Below, in pieces: positions 1 to 10,081 of a stretch of 39,178 nt of DNA; position 1 is the first letter of the stretch; every line of letters begins with the position of its first letter. The translations under genes were made by a program, and so were the position numbers. This DNA is from a virus. Below the pieces are notes generated by a model. It searched no databases, was not told the origin of the DNA, and saw only the letters and a program-made list of their open reading frames with translations. The stretch is from the UHGV virus genome UHGV-0034768; one strand, given 5' to 3'.

Positions 1-14
1 AGGAGAACAACTCA

Positions 15-230
15 ATGATTAAACTTATCGAATTTCTTGGTCGTCTGGTGGTGCGTGGGTATCGTCGTGCTGCGGCTATGGAACGAAAGGTAGCAGAGAA
101 GACTGCTGATGGTGCGGCTGATGCTGCTGCTCTGGCTGACAAGCTGGCCATCGCGTCACTGGAAGCTGGTATGAAGGCGCGTCAGGCTGACACAAAAGCT
201 GACCAGTTGGCTCAGTTCTTCAAAGCCTAA
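15..230 (+). CDS. hypothetical protein, Ala-rich and probably helical, at the position of T7 gene 3.8
   Basis: 71-aa ORF with AGGAGA 8 nt upstream of the ATG; lies between lysozyme (window end) and primase-helicase; no HNH motif visible. Confidence 0.55.
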   Translation: MIKLIEFLGRLVVRGYRRAAAMERKVAEKTADGAADAAALADKLAIASLEAGMKARQADTKADQLAQFFKA

Positions 231-248
231 ACTATCACCTTAGGGATG
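226..248 (+). promoter_or_regulatory. degenerate phage-RNAP promoter-like element (CCTAAACTATCACCTTAGGGATG)
   Basis: Matches the phage promoter family upstream of -5 but has CT instead of TA at -4/-3; positioned upstream of gene 4 like T7 phi3.8/phi4c. Confidence 0.35.
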
Positions 249-295
249 GGACAATGAGTCCTGTCCCTTTGTTCGCATTTGTGATTAAGGAGTGA

Positions 296-1999
<1,704 letters not shown>

Positions 2000-2032
2000 T
2001 TACGAGAAGTATAAATGGAGGGTTCCATTCTA

Positions 2033-2197
2033 ATGTTACGAAAACTTAAAGCTAGCTACCATCGGTTCATGTACAAATGGTGGAGCGACGAAGCAACATG
2101 CCTGTCAAACATTCTAGGAGAACAGAGGTTCGACTCTAAGGCATGGAAGAAGGCTAACCGTAAGTTCATGTACCACTTCTTGCGTACAGACTTCTAG
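2033..2197 (+). CDS. hypothetical small protein (gene 4.x position)
   Basis: ORF after gene 4; second ATG chosen because GGAGGG lies 9 nt upstream; no recognised domain. Confidence 0.45.
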   Translation: MLRKLKASYHRFMYKWWSDEATCLSNILGEQRFDSKAWKKANRKFMYHFLRTDF

Positions 2198-2260
2198 GTC
2201 TAGACTCAAGGTCATTCACAGAGAGTGGCCTTTATGATTAGACTAAACGGAGGATTAACC

Positions 2261-4432
2261 ATGTTTGACCTTAAGAGTATCTGGGGTTCTGACATCGAGA
2301 CCAACGGTCTCCTTGATACAGTATCCCAGTTTCACTGTGGGGTCCTGATTAACGCCGAGTCGAATGAGACCCTTAAGTATGGGGTAGCTCCGATGGTCGG
2401 TATCGTCGGTGGCTTCAAAGAGTATGTTCATAAAGTGGAAGAGATTGCCGCATCTCCTGATGGCATGCTGGTATTCCACAACGGTATCAACTATGACGTA
2501 CCGGCTATCGACAAGCTGAAGCGTCTGTACTTTGGGAAACGTTTTAACTTCCCGAAACACAAGATGATTGATACCTTGGTGCTGGGCCGCTTGATGTATC
2601 CAAACATTAAGTTCTCAGACATGGGTGCTGTGAAAGCTGGTCGTCTGCCACCTCAGATGATGGGACGCCAGTCTCTTGAGGCTTGGGGCTATCGTCTTGG
2701 TGAGATGAAAGGTGAGTACAAGCACGATTACGTTGCCAAGTGCAAGGCTGAAGGTATCGAATATAAGGCTGGGGACGAATGGTTGTTCCCGTCTCAGGAG
2801 ATGCTGGACTATAACGTACAAGACGTTGTGGTCACACTGGCGTTGTTCAAGAAGTTCCTGACTGACAAGTATTACTTCCAGTCTGAACAGTTCGCTTTCG
2901 ACCAGATTTATGCTTTGCGTCTGGAACATGATGCTGCGTGGACCTGTGCAAAGATGGAACGTAACGGCTATCCGATGAACACCGAGATGGTCGAAGGCTT
3001 ATATCGTGAACTCACCGTCAAACGTGCAGAGTTGCTGGACAAGTTGCGTTCAACTTTCGGTAGCTGGTATGCACCGAAGGGAGGCAAGGAGTTCTTCAAG
3101 CACCCACGTACAGGCAAGGACCTTCCGAAGTATCCGCGAGTCGTGTATCCTAAGGTCGGTGGCATCTTTAAGAAGCCGAAGAACAAAGCTCAACGCTTAG
3201 GTCTTGAACCTTGTGAACGCGATACGCGAGACACGATGGAAGGAGCACCATTCACGCCAATAACTTACGTTGAGTTTAATCCGGGAAGCGGAGACCACTT
3301 AGCGAAAGTCCTGATGGAGCGTGGCTGGGAACCAGTGGACTTCACTGACACCGGGAAGCCTGTAGTCGATGACGAGACGTTAGAACACGTTAAGTTGCCA
3401 GACGCAGAGGCTCAGGCGTGCGTAGAGCTGGTCCGTGAGTATCTGGTAGTCCAGAAGCGCATAGGTCAAGCGGCTGAAGGTAAGAACGCATGGTTGAAAC
3501 TTGTAGGTCCAGACGGACGTATGCACGGTGCAATCAACCCATGCGGTGCAGTAACAGGACGTGCTACCCATAGTACACCAAACATGGCTCAGGTCCCGGC
3601 TAACGGTGCCCCATACGGTGAGACTTGCCGTGGTGCTTTCGGTGCAGCGTGGAACAAGAAGGACGGTAAGCCAGACCCTTGGATTCAAGTTGGTGTGGAT
3701 GCCTCAGGTCTTGAGCTTCGTTGTCTTGGGAACAGAGCGGCTCCGTTTGATGGTGGTGCCTATGCGAAGACTGTGGTCGAAGGTGATATACACTGGGCCA
3801 ATGCTGTCAACGCGGGTTTAGCACCTAACGTCCCACGCGATAAGTCGAACCACGACCATGAGGCTTTCCGTAACAACGCTAAGACGTTCATCTATGCGTT
3901 CCTGTATGGTGCAGGGGCCGCTAAGATTGGACTGATAGTCGGCGGTGGTAAGAAGGAAGGTTCGGCCTTGATGAAGAAATTCATTGAGGGTACACCAGCT
4001 ATCAAGGACCTGCGAGAGGCTGTGCAGAACACGCTCATCTCAGAGTCGAAGTGGGTAGATGGTGAGAACATCGTGAAATGGAAACGTCGCTGGCTGAAAG
4101 GTCTGGATGGTCGCCGCATTCACATCCGGTCGCCACACTCAGCACTGAACGCCTTACTTCAAGGTGATGGTGCGGTAGTCTGTAAGCACTGGATTGTTGA
4201 GACTGAGCGTATGCTCGAAGAGGCCGGGTATGTCCACGGCTGGGAAGGAGACTTTGCGTACATGGCATGGGTCCACGACGAATTGCAGATTGCAGCTCGG
4301 AACATGGAGATTGCCGAAGATATTCGCAGGATTGCTCAACTTGCTATGCGGAAGGTGGGTGAGTTCTATAACTTTAAATGTGTCCTTGATACCGAAGGTA
4401 AGATTGGACCAACGTGGAAGGAGTGTCACTAA
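2261..4432 (+). CDS. gp5: DNA polymerase (T7 gp5-like, family A, with 3'-5' exonuclease and thioredoxin-binding insert)
   Basis: Start set at MFDLKSIWGSDIETNGLL (aligns with T7 MIVSDIEANALL) with GGAGGA RBS; conserved blocks FHNGxxYDVPA, GAVTGRATH, KTFIYGFLYGAG, MAWVHDE; C-terminus ...GPTWKECH like T7. Confidence 0.95.
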   Translation: MFDLKSIWGSDIETNGLLDTVSQFHCGVLINAESNETLKYGVAPMVGIVGGFKEYVHKVEEIAASPDGMLVFHNGINYDVPAIDKLKRLYFGKRFNFPKHKMIDTLVLGRLMYPNIKFSDMGAVKAGRLPPQMMGRQSLEAWGYRLGEMKGEYKHDYVAKCKAEGIEYKAGDEWLFPSQEMLDYNVQDVVVTLALFKKFLTDKYYFQSEQFAFDQIYALRLEHDAAWTCAKMERNGYPMNTEMVEGLYRELTVKRAELLDKLRSTFGSWYAPKGGKEFFKHPRTGKDLPKYPRVVYPKVGGIFKKPKNKAQRLGLEPCERDTRDTMEGAPFTPITYVEFNPGSGDHLAKVLMERGWEPVDFTDTGKPVVDDETLEHVKLPDAEAQACVELVREYLVVQKRIGQAAEGKNAWLKLVGPDGRMHGAINPCGAVTGRATHSTPNMAQVPANGAPYGETCRGAFGAAWNKKDGKPDPWIQVGVDASGLELRCLGNRAAPFDGGAYAKTVVEGDIHWANAVNAGLAPNVPRDKSNHDHEAFRNNAKTFIYAFLYGAGAAKIGLIVGGGKKEGSALMKKFIEGTPAIKDLREAVQNTLISESKWVDGENIVKWKRRWLKGLDGRRIHIRSPHSALNALLQGDGAVVCKHWIVETERMLEEAGYVHGWEGDFAYMAWVHDELQIAARNMEIAEDIRRIAQLAMRKVGEFYNFKCVLDTEGKIGPTWKECH

Positions 4433-4716
4433 TGGCTATTACTAAACGTATTCGCGTGAGTTTTGATCTGAAGGTGGTTATTAGCTCAAAGGAAGAAGAG
4501 ACCATGTGTAGTCAGTTAGCGGAGATGACTAAATGCTACGCTGATGGTGAGAAGCTGGATGGACTTCAGTTGGCTCTGGTCAAAACAGCAATAGACTCAG
4601 GGCCTGAGTCTGCCCTTGAAATTGCCATCAAGAAGACCATCAAGGAGGAGCTGGTGGACGCCTTTGGTGATGACCAGTTTGGAGTATCCAACCTGCGATT
4701 CGAGGTCAAGCAATGA
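4432..4716 (+). CDS. gp5.5: gp5.5-like protein (T7 gp5.5 binds host H-NS)
   Basis: Starts MAITKRIRVSFDL resembling T7 gp5.5 MAMTKK.KVSFDV; ATG overlaps the polymerase stop. Confidence 0.7.
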   Translation: MAITKRIRVSFDLKVVISSKEEETMCSQLAEMTKCYADGEKLDGLQLALVKTAIDSGPESALEIAIKKTIKEELVDAFGDDQFGVSNLRFEVKQ

Positions 4717-4922
4717 GTGAATACTTACGGGTCCTAGCGGCCCTTAAGTCCTGCCCGAAGACCTTCCAGTCCAACTATGTGCGCAACAACGCTGCACTTG
4801 TGGCTGAGGCTGCGAGTCGTGGACATATAAGCTGCCTGTCTATGGATGGTCGTAACAACGGTGCGTGGGAGATTACTGCTGCTGGCACCAAGTTCCTGAA
4901 CCAACACGGAGGCTGTTTATGA
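4713..4922 (+). CDS. gp5.7: gp5.7-like protein
   Basis: 69 aa with near-identity to T7 gp5.7 over KSCPKTFQSNYVRNNA.LVAEAASRGHISCL. Confidence 0.85.
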   Translation: MSEYLRVLAALKSCPKTFQSNYVRNNAALVAEAASRGHISCLSMDGRNNGAWEITAAGTKFLNQHGGCL

Positions 4923-5155
4923 GTGAATTGGATTTACTGAAGAAGTTTGACGATCTTATGGCACACCTTAATGGTGAAGAGAACTCAATGGCTGAAGAGT
5001 TCCGCGAGGCTCTAGCAGCTAAGTTAGACAGTGCAGCTGATGATCGACTCTGGCGGGAGTGCTTGGAGTCTGGCGGGGTTAACAACTGGTGTTGGTTCTC
5101 TGAATCACTGGCTGAAGGTGGATACTACAAGGAGGACGACGATGACTTCGAATAA
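4919..5155 (+). CDS. hypothetical acidic protein at the gp5.9 position
   Basis: 78 aa starting MSELDLL (ATGA overlap with previous stop), highly acidic C-terminus EDDDDFE; same position as T7 gp5.9 but no clear similarity. Confidence 0.55.
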   Translation: MSELDLLKKFDDLMAHLNGEENSMAEEFREALAAKLDSAADDRLWRECLESGGVNNWCWFSESLAEGGYYKEDDDDFE

Positions 5156-6011
5156 GAAGATAGCTCTGGTGCTGGATGGTGACTATCTGGTCTTCTCTTC
5201 TATGGCTGCTGCCGAGGACGAGACGGACTGGGGTGATGACATCTGGACCCTCATCTGCGACCACGAGAAAGCTCGTCGTATCCTTGAGAACACTATCGCT
5301 GAAATCGTTAAGAAGCGTAAGGCGTGGAAAGACGCTAAGATTGTGATGTGCTTCACCGACGATGAAAACTGGCGCAAGTCCATCCTGCCTACCTATAAGG
5401 CCAACCGTAAAGGTTCTCGCAAGCCTGTAGGTTACAAGAAGTTCGTAGCCGAAGTAATGGCTGACCCACGGTTCAACAGCTTCCTGCGTCCTACGCTTGA
5501 GGGTGATGACTGTATGGGCATCATCGGGACTCGACCTCAGATTGTGGGCTGTGACCATGCGGTGCTGGTGTCCTGTGATAAGGACTTCAAGACCATCCCG
5601 AACTGTGAGTTCTTCTGGTTAACCACTGGTGAAATACTTAGCCATACTACTGCCGAGGCAGACTATTGGCATATGGAGCAAACCATCAAGGGTGATACCA
5701 CTGATGGCTACGGCGGCATTCCTGGGATGGGTGAGGACACTACTCGGGCGTTCCTTGACGAGCCGTACTACTTCGTGCAGGAGAGCCGTGAGCTTAAGAC
5801 TGGCAAGAACAAAGGCCAGATTAAGACTGAGTGGAAGAAGTACCCGAAGCGTGAAGACATGACGCTGTGGGACTGCATGGTGACTCTGGCTGCTAAAGCT
5901 GGGATGACCGAGGAGGAGCTTCTGGTCCAAGCTCAGGTCGCTCGTATTTGTCGAGCATCTGACTATGACCCTAAGTCCAAGGAGGTCATCCTGTGGACAC
6001 CATCCATGTAA
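5142..6011 (+). CDS. gp6: 5'-3' exonuclease (T7 gp6-like)
   Basis: Start at MTSNKKIALVLDGDYLVF with AGGAGGA RBS; conserved PVGYKKF, CDKDFKTIPNC, TIKGDTTDGY, WDCMV..AKAGMTEE as in T7 gene 6. Confidence 0.95.
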   Translation: MTSNKKIALVLDGDYLVFSSMAAAEDETDWGDDIWTLICDHEKARRILENTIAEIVKKRKAWKDAKIVMCFTDDENWRKSILPTYKANRKGSRKPVGYKKFVAEVMADPRFNSFLRPTLEGDDCMGIIGTRPQIVGCDHAVLVSCDKDFKTIPNCEFFWLTTGEILSHTTAEADYWHMEQTIKGDTTDGYGGIPGMGEDTTRAFLDEPYYFVQESRELKTGKNKGQIKTEWKKYPKREDMTLWDCMVTLAAKAGMTEEELLVQAQVARICRASDYDPKSKEVILWTPSM

Positions 6012-6137
6012 TTTACTGGGCCGGACTTCTGGCCCTTTACTGCATGTACAAGTGGTTTGGGTCAAACAACCGTCCTAAACACTGAGTCTAACAGATAGTC
6101 ATATCCTATCAATCCTACAGTCATCCATAGGTGAAAC

Positions 6138-6160
6138 ACTAAACTATCACTATAGGGACT
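6138..6160 (+). promoter_or_regulatory. phage RNAP promoter (phi6.5 position), ACTAAACTATCACTATAGGGACT
   Basis: Full match to the window's promoter consensus; +1 G at 6155. Confidence 0.85.
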
Positions 6161-6221
6161 TTAGGACCTAAGATATGACTATAAGATAGACTTTAGTCTT
6201 AACTTAAAGAGGAGATTCAAG

Positions 6222-6494
6222 ATGGCGATTAATGCTATTGATAACGTTGTTAAGCAGTTACAGGAAGAAAGACTTGATGTCCCTAACATCTCCCAGTCTG
6301 CCATCCAGTTCCTGCACGTATTGTTCAACGCGAGCTACGCTGAGAAGATGGGAGCTATCAGTCTCCTCAAGCAGCAGGGCTACAGTGATGCGTTCATTGC
6401 CGGGTTCGTCAAGGGTCTCCAGTATTGTTCTGACACTCTCGACTCTGCGATTGCTATGCGTCGTGAGCTGAAAGATACCGTTCAGTTCGATTAA
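6222..6494 (+). CDS. gp6.5: gp6.5-like protein
   Basis: 90-aa ORF with AGAGGAG RBS, immediately downstream of a phage promoter, synteny with T7 6.5. Confidence 0.7.
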   Translation: MAINAIDNVVKQLQEERLDVPNISQSAIQFLHVLFNASYAEKMGAISLLKQQGYSDAFIAGFVKGLQYCSDTLDSAIAMRRELKDTVQFD

Positions 6495-6508
6495 CTGTAG
6501 GAGGGACT

Positions 6509-6733
6509 ATGTGTTTCAGTCCAAAGATTAGCACTCCGAAGCCTTCGGTCCAAGCACCTGAACCAGCTCCTCTGAGTGAGGAAGTTGCGTCAGTTGACAT
6601 CGGGGCTGAATCGGACGTGGACACCAACGAGACCAAAGGCATCAAAGACCTGAAGGTCAAGAAGGAGTCTGCACCTAAAGATAAATCGTCAGTTAGCCGC
6701 GCTATGCGAGCCTCTGGCGTCAACATGGGGTAA
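6509..6733 (+). CDS. gp6.7: gp6.7-like virion protein
   Basis: Begins MCFSPKISTPK, matching T7 gp6.7 MCFSPKIKTPK. Confidence 0.85.
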   Translation: MCFSPKISTPKPSVQAPEPAPLSEEVASVDIGAESDVDTNETKGIKDLKVKKESAPKDKSSVSRAMRASGVNMG

Positions 6734-6736
6734 GAA

Positions 6737-7141
6737 ATGCTACCATATCTCAACTCACGCGAAGGTCGCCACATGTGCGCTTGTCGCCTCTGGGAAGACG
6801 GGCAGTCTAACTTCAAGTCATTCGAGGACTTCAAGGCCCATACCTACCGTATGGCTGACGAGTTCGACGGTGAAGAGTACACAATCTATGATGTCTCAGG
6901 TCAACCAGTAGCGTATCTCTACATGCTGGCTACCGCATCTTGGCACCGACCGACTCCCGGTCTTGACCTTTCAATCGTCGCTATTCGTCGTGACTCGCAG
7001 TCCTCCCGCAAGGTTCTTGAGACTGTCAGACACATCATAGACGAAGAGTGCAAGCGTTGGGGTCTTGGCTGGTATTCTCGTGTCAAGCATGTTTCAGGGT
7101 CGGTAGACATCGTAACAACTAAGGAGATTAACCGTGGGTAA
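6737..7141 (+). CDS. gp7: gp7-like virion protein
   Basis: 134-aa ORF in the gene 7 position between 6.7 and 7.3; start codon uncertain. Confidence 0.65.
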   Translation: MLPYLNSREGRHMCACRLWEDGQSNFKSFEDFKAHTYRMADEFDGEEYTIYDVSGQPVAYLYMLATASWHRPTPGLDLSIVAIRRDSQSSRKVLETVRHIIDEECKRWGLGWYSRVKHVSGSVDIVTTKEINRG

Positions 7142-7382
7142 ATCAATCAGTAAGGCTTTCAAGAAAGTTGTGAACAGTGCGTTAGGGACCGTCGGTCTTG
7201 GCTCTAATGACGCGCCTAAGGTTGTTGAGGCTCAGACCCCAGCAGCACCAGTGGAAGTACCGAACGACAAAGTGGAGGATGTGGATACTGAAACAACAGC
7301 ATCTGACGAGAAGAAAGTGAAGCGTTCCGGTAAGCGTAGCCTTCAGGTCTCTCGAACCTCTGGTGGCGGTATTTCTATTTAA
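7134..7382 (+). CDS. gp7.3: gp7.3-like tail/host-range protein
   Basis: GTG start with AAGGAG 7 nt upstream; Lys-rich N-terminus MGKSISKAFKKV and C-terminal ...RSLQVSRTSGGGISI resembling T7 gp7.3 ...KSLSVARSSGGGINI. Confidence 0.8.
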   Translation: MGKSISKAFKKVVNSALGTVGLGSNDAPKVVEAQTPAAPVEVPNDKVEDVDTETTASDEKKVKRSGKRSLQVSRTSGGGISI

Positions 7383-7393
7383 GGAGGTGATGA

Positions 7394-8962
7394 ATGGCTG
7401 AACGTGAAGGCTTTGCTGCTGAAGGCGCGAAGGCAGTTTATGATAGGCTAAAGAACGGACGACAGCCTTACGAGACCCGCGCACAAAACTGCGCTGCCGT
7501 GACCATCCCCTCACTGTTTCCTAAGGAGTCCGACAACTCGTCTACTGAGTACACAACTCCGTGGCAAGCTGTAGGTGCTCGCTGCTTGAACAACTTGGCT
7601 GCAAAGCTGATGTTGGCGTTATTCCCTCAGTCACCTTGGATGCGACTGACAGTCTCCGAATATGAGGCCAAGACCTTGAGTCAGGACTCAGAGGCGGCTG
7701 CTCGTGTTGACGAAGGTCTGGCTATGGTAGAGCGTGTGTTGATGGCCTACATGGAGACTAACAGTTTCCGTGTCCCATTGTTCGAAGCTCTGAAGCAGCT
7801 TATCGTCTCCGGTAACTGTCTGCTCTACATCCCTCCTCCAGAACAAGGAACCTACAGTCCTATGCGAATGTACCGCTTAGTGTCCTACGTTGTTCAACGT
7901 GATGCTTTCGGTAACATCTTACAGATTGTGACTCTCGACAAGGTAGCGTTTAGTGCTCTACCGGAAGACGTGAAGTCTCAACTCAACGCAGAAGACTATG
8001 AGCCTGACACCGAGCTGGAAGTATATACGCACATCTACCGTCAGGACGACGAGTATCTGCGCTACGAGGAAGTGGAAGGCATTGAGGTAGCAGGGACCGA
8101 TGGTTCTTACCCACTGACTGCCTGTCCATACATCCCGGTGCGAATGGTTCGACTGGATGGTGAAGACTATGGTCGTTCTTACTGCGAGGAGTATCTTGGG
8201 GACCTGAACTCGCTGGAGACGATTACAGAAGCTATCACCAAAATGGCTAAGGTAGCCTCCAAGGTGGTGGGCCTCGTTAACCCGAACGGCATCACGCAAC
8301 CTCGTCGTCTGAACAAGGCGGCTACAGGTGAGTTCGTGGCTGGTCGAGTTGAGGACATCAACTTCCTGCAACTGACGAAAGGTCAGGACTTTACGATTGC
8401 CAAGTCGGTGGCTGACGCTATCGAGCAACGTTTAGGCTGGGCCTTCCTTCTTAATAGTGCTGTTCAGCGTAATGCCGAGCGAGTCACTGCTGAAGAGATT
8501 CGTTATGTTGCTGGCGAACTGGAGGCGACCTTAGGTGGCGTGTACTCAGTACAATCCCAAGAGCTTCAGTTGCCTATCGTCCGTGTGCTGATGAACCAAC
8601 TTCAGTCTGCTGGCATGATTCCTGACCTTCCGAAAGAAGCGGTAGAGCCTACGGTCTCCACTGGTCTGGAAGCTCTGGGCCGTGGTCAGGACTTGGAGAA
8701 GCTGACTCAGGCGGTTAACATGATGACTGGTCTTCAGCAGCTATCTCAGGACCCGGACATCAACTTGCCGACCCTTAAGCTGCGACTCCTGAACGCTCTG
8801 GGTATCGACACCGCTGGCCTACTCCTGACGCAAGACGAGAAGATTCAGCGCATGGCTGAGCAGTCGTCTCAACAGGCAGTTGTCCAAGGTGCTAGTGCTG
8901 CTGGTGCTAACATGGGTGCTGCTGTAGGTCAAGGAGCTGGTGAGGACATGGCTCAAGCCTAA
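7394..8962 (+). CDS. gp8: portal (head-tail connector) protein, T7 gp8-like
   Basis: 522 aa; long blocks match T7 gp8 (YETRAQNCA, PWQAVGAR, MYRL.SYVVQRDAFGN, RMVRLDGE.YGRSY). Confidence 0.95.
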   Translation: MAEREGFAAEGAKAVYDRLKNGRQPYETRAQNCAAVTIPSLFPKESDNSSTEYTTPWQAVGARCLNNLAAKLMLALFPQSPWMRLTVSEYEAKTLSQDSEAAARVDEGLAMVERVLMAYMETNSFRVPLFEALKQLIVSGNCLLYIPPPEQGTYSPMRMYRLVSYVVQRDAFGNILQIVTLDKVAFSALPEDVKSQLNAEDYEPDTELEVYTHIYRQDDEYLRYEEVEGIEVAGTDGSYPLTACPYIPVRMVRLDGEDYGRSYCEEYLGDLNSLETITEAITKMAKVASKVVGLVNPNGITQPRRLNKAATGEFVAGRVEDINFLQLTKGQDFTIAKSVADAIEQRLGWAFLLNSAVQRNAERVTAEEIRYVAGELEATLGGVYSVQSQELQLPIVRVLMNQLQSAGMIPDLPKEAVEPTVSTGLEALGRGQDLEKLTQAVNMMTGLQQLSQDPDINLPTLKLRLLNALGIDTAGLLLTQDEKIQRMAEQSSQQAVVQGASAAGANMGAAVGQGAGEDMAQA

Positions 8963-8980
8963 ACTATCACTATAGGAACA
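8958..8980 (+). promoter_or_regulatory. phage RNAP promoter (phi9 position), CCTAAACTATCACTATAGGAACA
   Basis: Consensus match; +1 G at 8975. Confidence 0.8.
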
Positions 8981-9070
8981 ACACAACTTGAGTGAGTGAA
9001 CGCATGGCCAGCCGTATCGGGAGGGCAGGTTGTTGTGTTTCCTATTAACGACTTAAAGGAGAATGACTTA

Positions 9071-9955
9071 ATGTCTCAATCAGTTTATGCCGAGTTCGGC
9101 GTTAGCTCTAATGCAATCACTGGTTCCGTTGAGGATCTGAACGAACATCAGAAGTCTATGCTTGAACAGGACGTAGCTGTTCGTGATGGCGATGACGCTA
9201 TTACCTTCAAGCAACTGGAAGCCGAAAACGAAGAGGCTACCGAAGAAGACGAGAACGTCGAAGAGACTGAAGGTGAAGAAGACCACGAGTCAGATGACGA
9301 AGAGTCTGAGACCGATGGTGAGCAGCCTGAGTTCATCGAACTGGGTGATGCACCGAAAGAGTTTACCGAAAGTGTCACCGCTCTTGATGAAAACGAAGCT
9401 GCATTCGACGACATGGTGTCTTCTGCTGTGGAAGCTGGCAAGGTCACTGCTGATGAAATTACCGCTATCAAGGCTGAATACGCCAAGGACGGTAAGCTGT
9501 CTGACGCATCCTACGCTAAGTTGCAGGAAGCAGGTTACACCAAGCGTTTCGTAGATTCGTTTGTCCGTGGTCAGGAAGCGCTGGCTGAACAGTATGCTGC
9601 TGGTGTGGTTCGCTACGCTGGTGGAGCTGAACAGTTTAACCGCATCCTGTCTCACCTTGAGTCAAACGACCCGTCAACCCGTGAAGCACTGGAAGCTGCT
9701 ATCGTTCGTAAGGACATTGCTACTACCAAAGCTCTGCTGAATCTGGCTGGCAAGACTCTGGGTAAAGCTGTAGGTGTTAAACCTCAGCGTACCATCACAA
9801 CTCAGGCCAAACCTGTGGTCGCACCTAAGGCTCCTCAGGCCGAAGCATTCAGCTCCAAGGCTGATATGATTAAGGCTATGAGTGACCCGCGATACCTGCG
9901 TGACGCTAAGTACACGATGGAAGTTCGCGCTAAGGTAGCTGCCTCAAGCCTGTAG
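9071..9955 (+). CDS. gp9: capsid assembly (scaffolding) protein, T7 gp9-like
   Basis: Start at MSQSVYAEFG with AAAGGAG RBS; acidic central region; C-terminal KAMSDPRY motif as in T7 gp9. Confidence 0.9.
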   Translation: MSQSVYAEFGVSSNAITGSVEDLNEHQKSMLEQDVAVRDGDDAITFKQLEAENEEATEEDENVEETEGEEDHESDDEESETDGEQPEFIELGDAPKEFTESVTALDENEAAFDDMVSSAVEAGKVTADEITAIKAEYAKDGKLSDASYAKLQEAGYTKRFVDSFVRGQEALAEQYAAGVVRYAGGAEQFNRILSHLESNDPSTREALEAAIVRKDIATTKALLNLAGKTLGKAVGVKPQRTITTQAKPVVAPKAPQAEAFSSKADMIKAMSDPRYLRDAKYTMEVRAKVAASSL

Positions 9956-9956
9956 G

Positions 9957-9979
9957 ACTAAACTATCACTATAGGGAGA
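9957..9979 (+). promoter_or_regulatory. phage RNAP promoter (phi10 position), ACTAAACTATCACTATAGGGAGA
   Basis: Best match to a T7-type initiation region (GGGAGA at +1..+6); +1 G at 9974; upstream of the major capsid gene. Confidence 0.9.
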
Positions 9980-10081
9980 CCAAGAGACAGACTCAAGGTT
10001 TCCCTATTACTTCAGTCCATACGGATTGGGCATACAGTAAGTAATAAACTTTATCTTTCAATTGAATAGGAGAATTATCAT

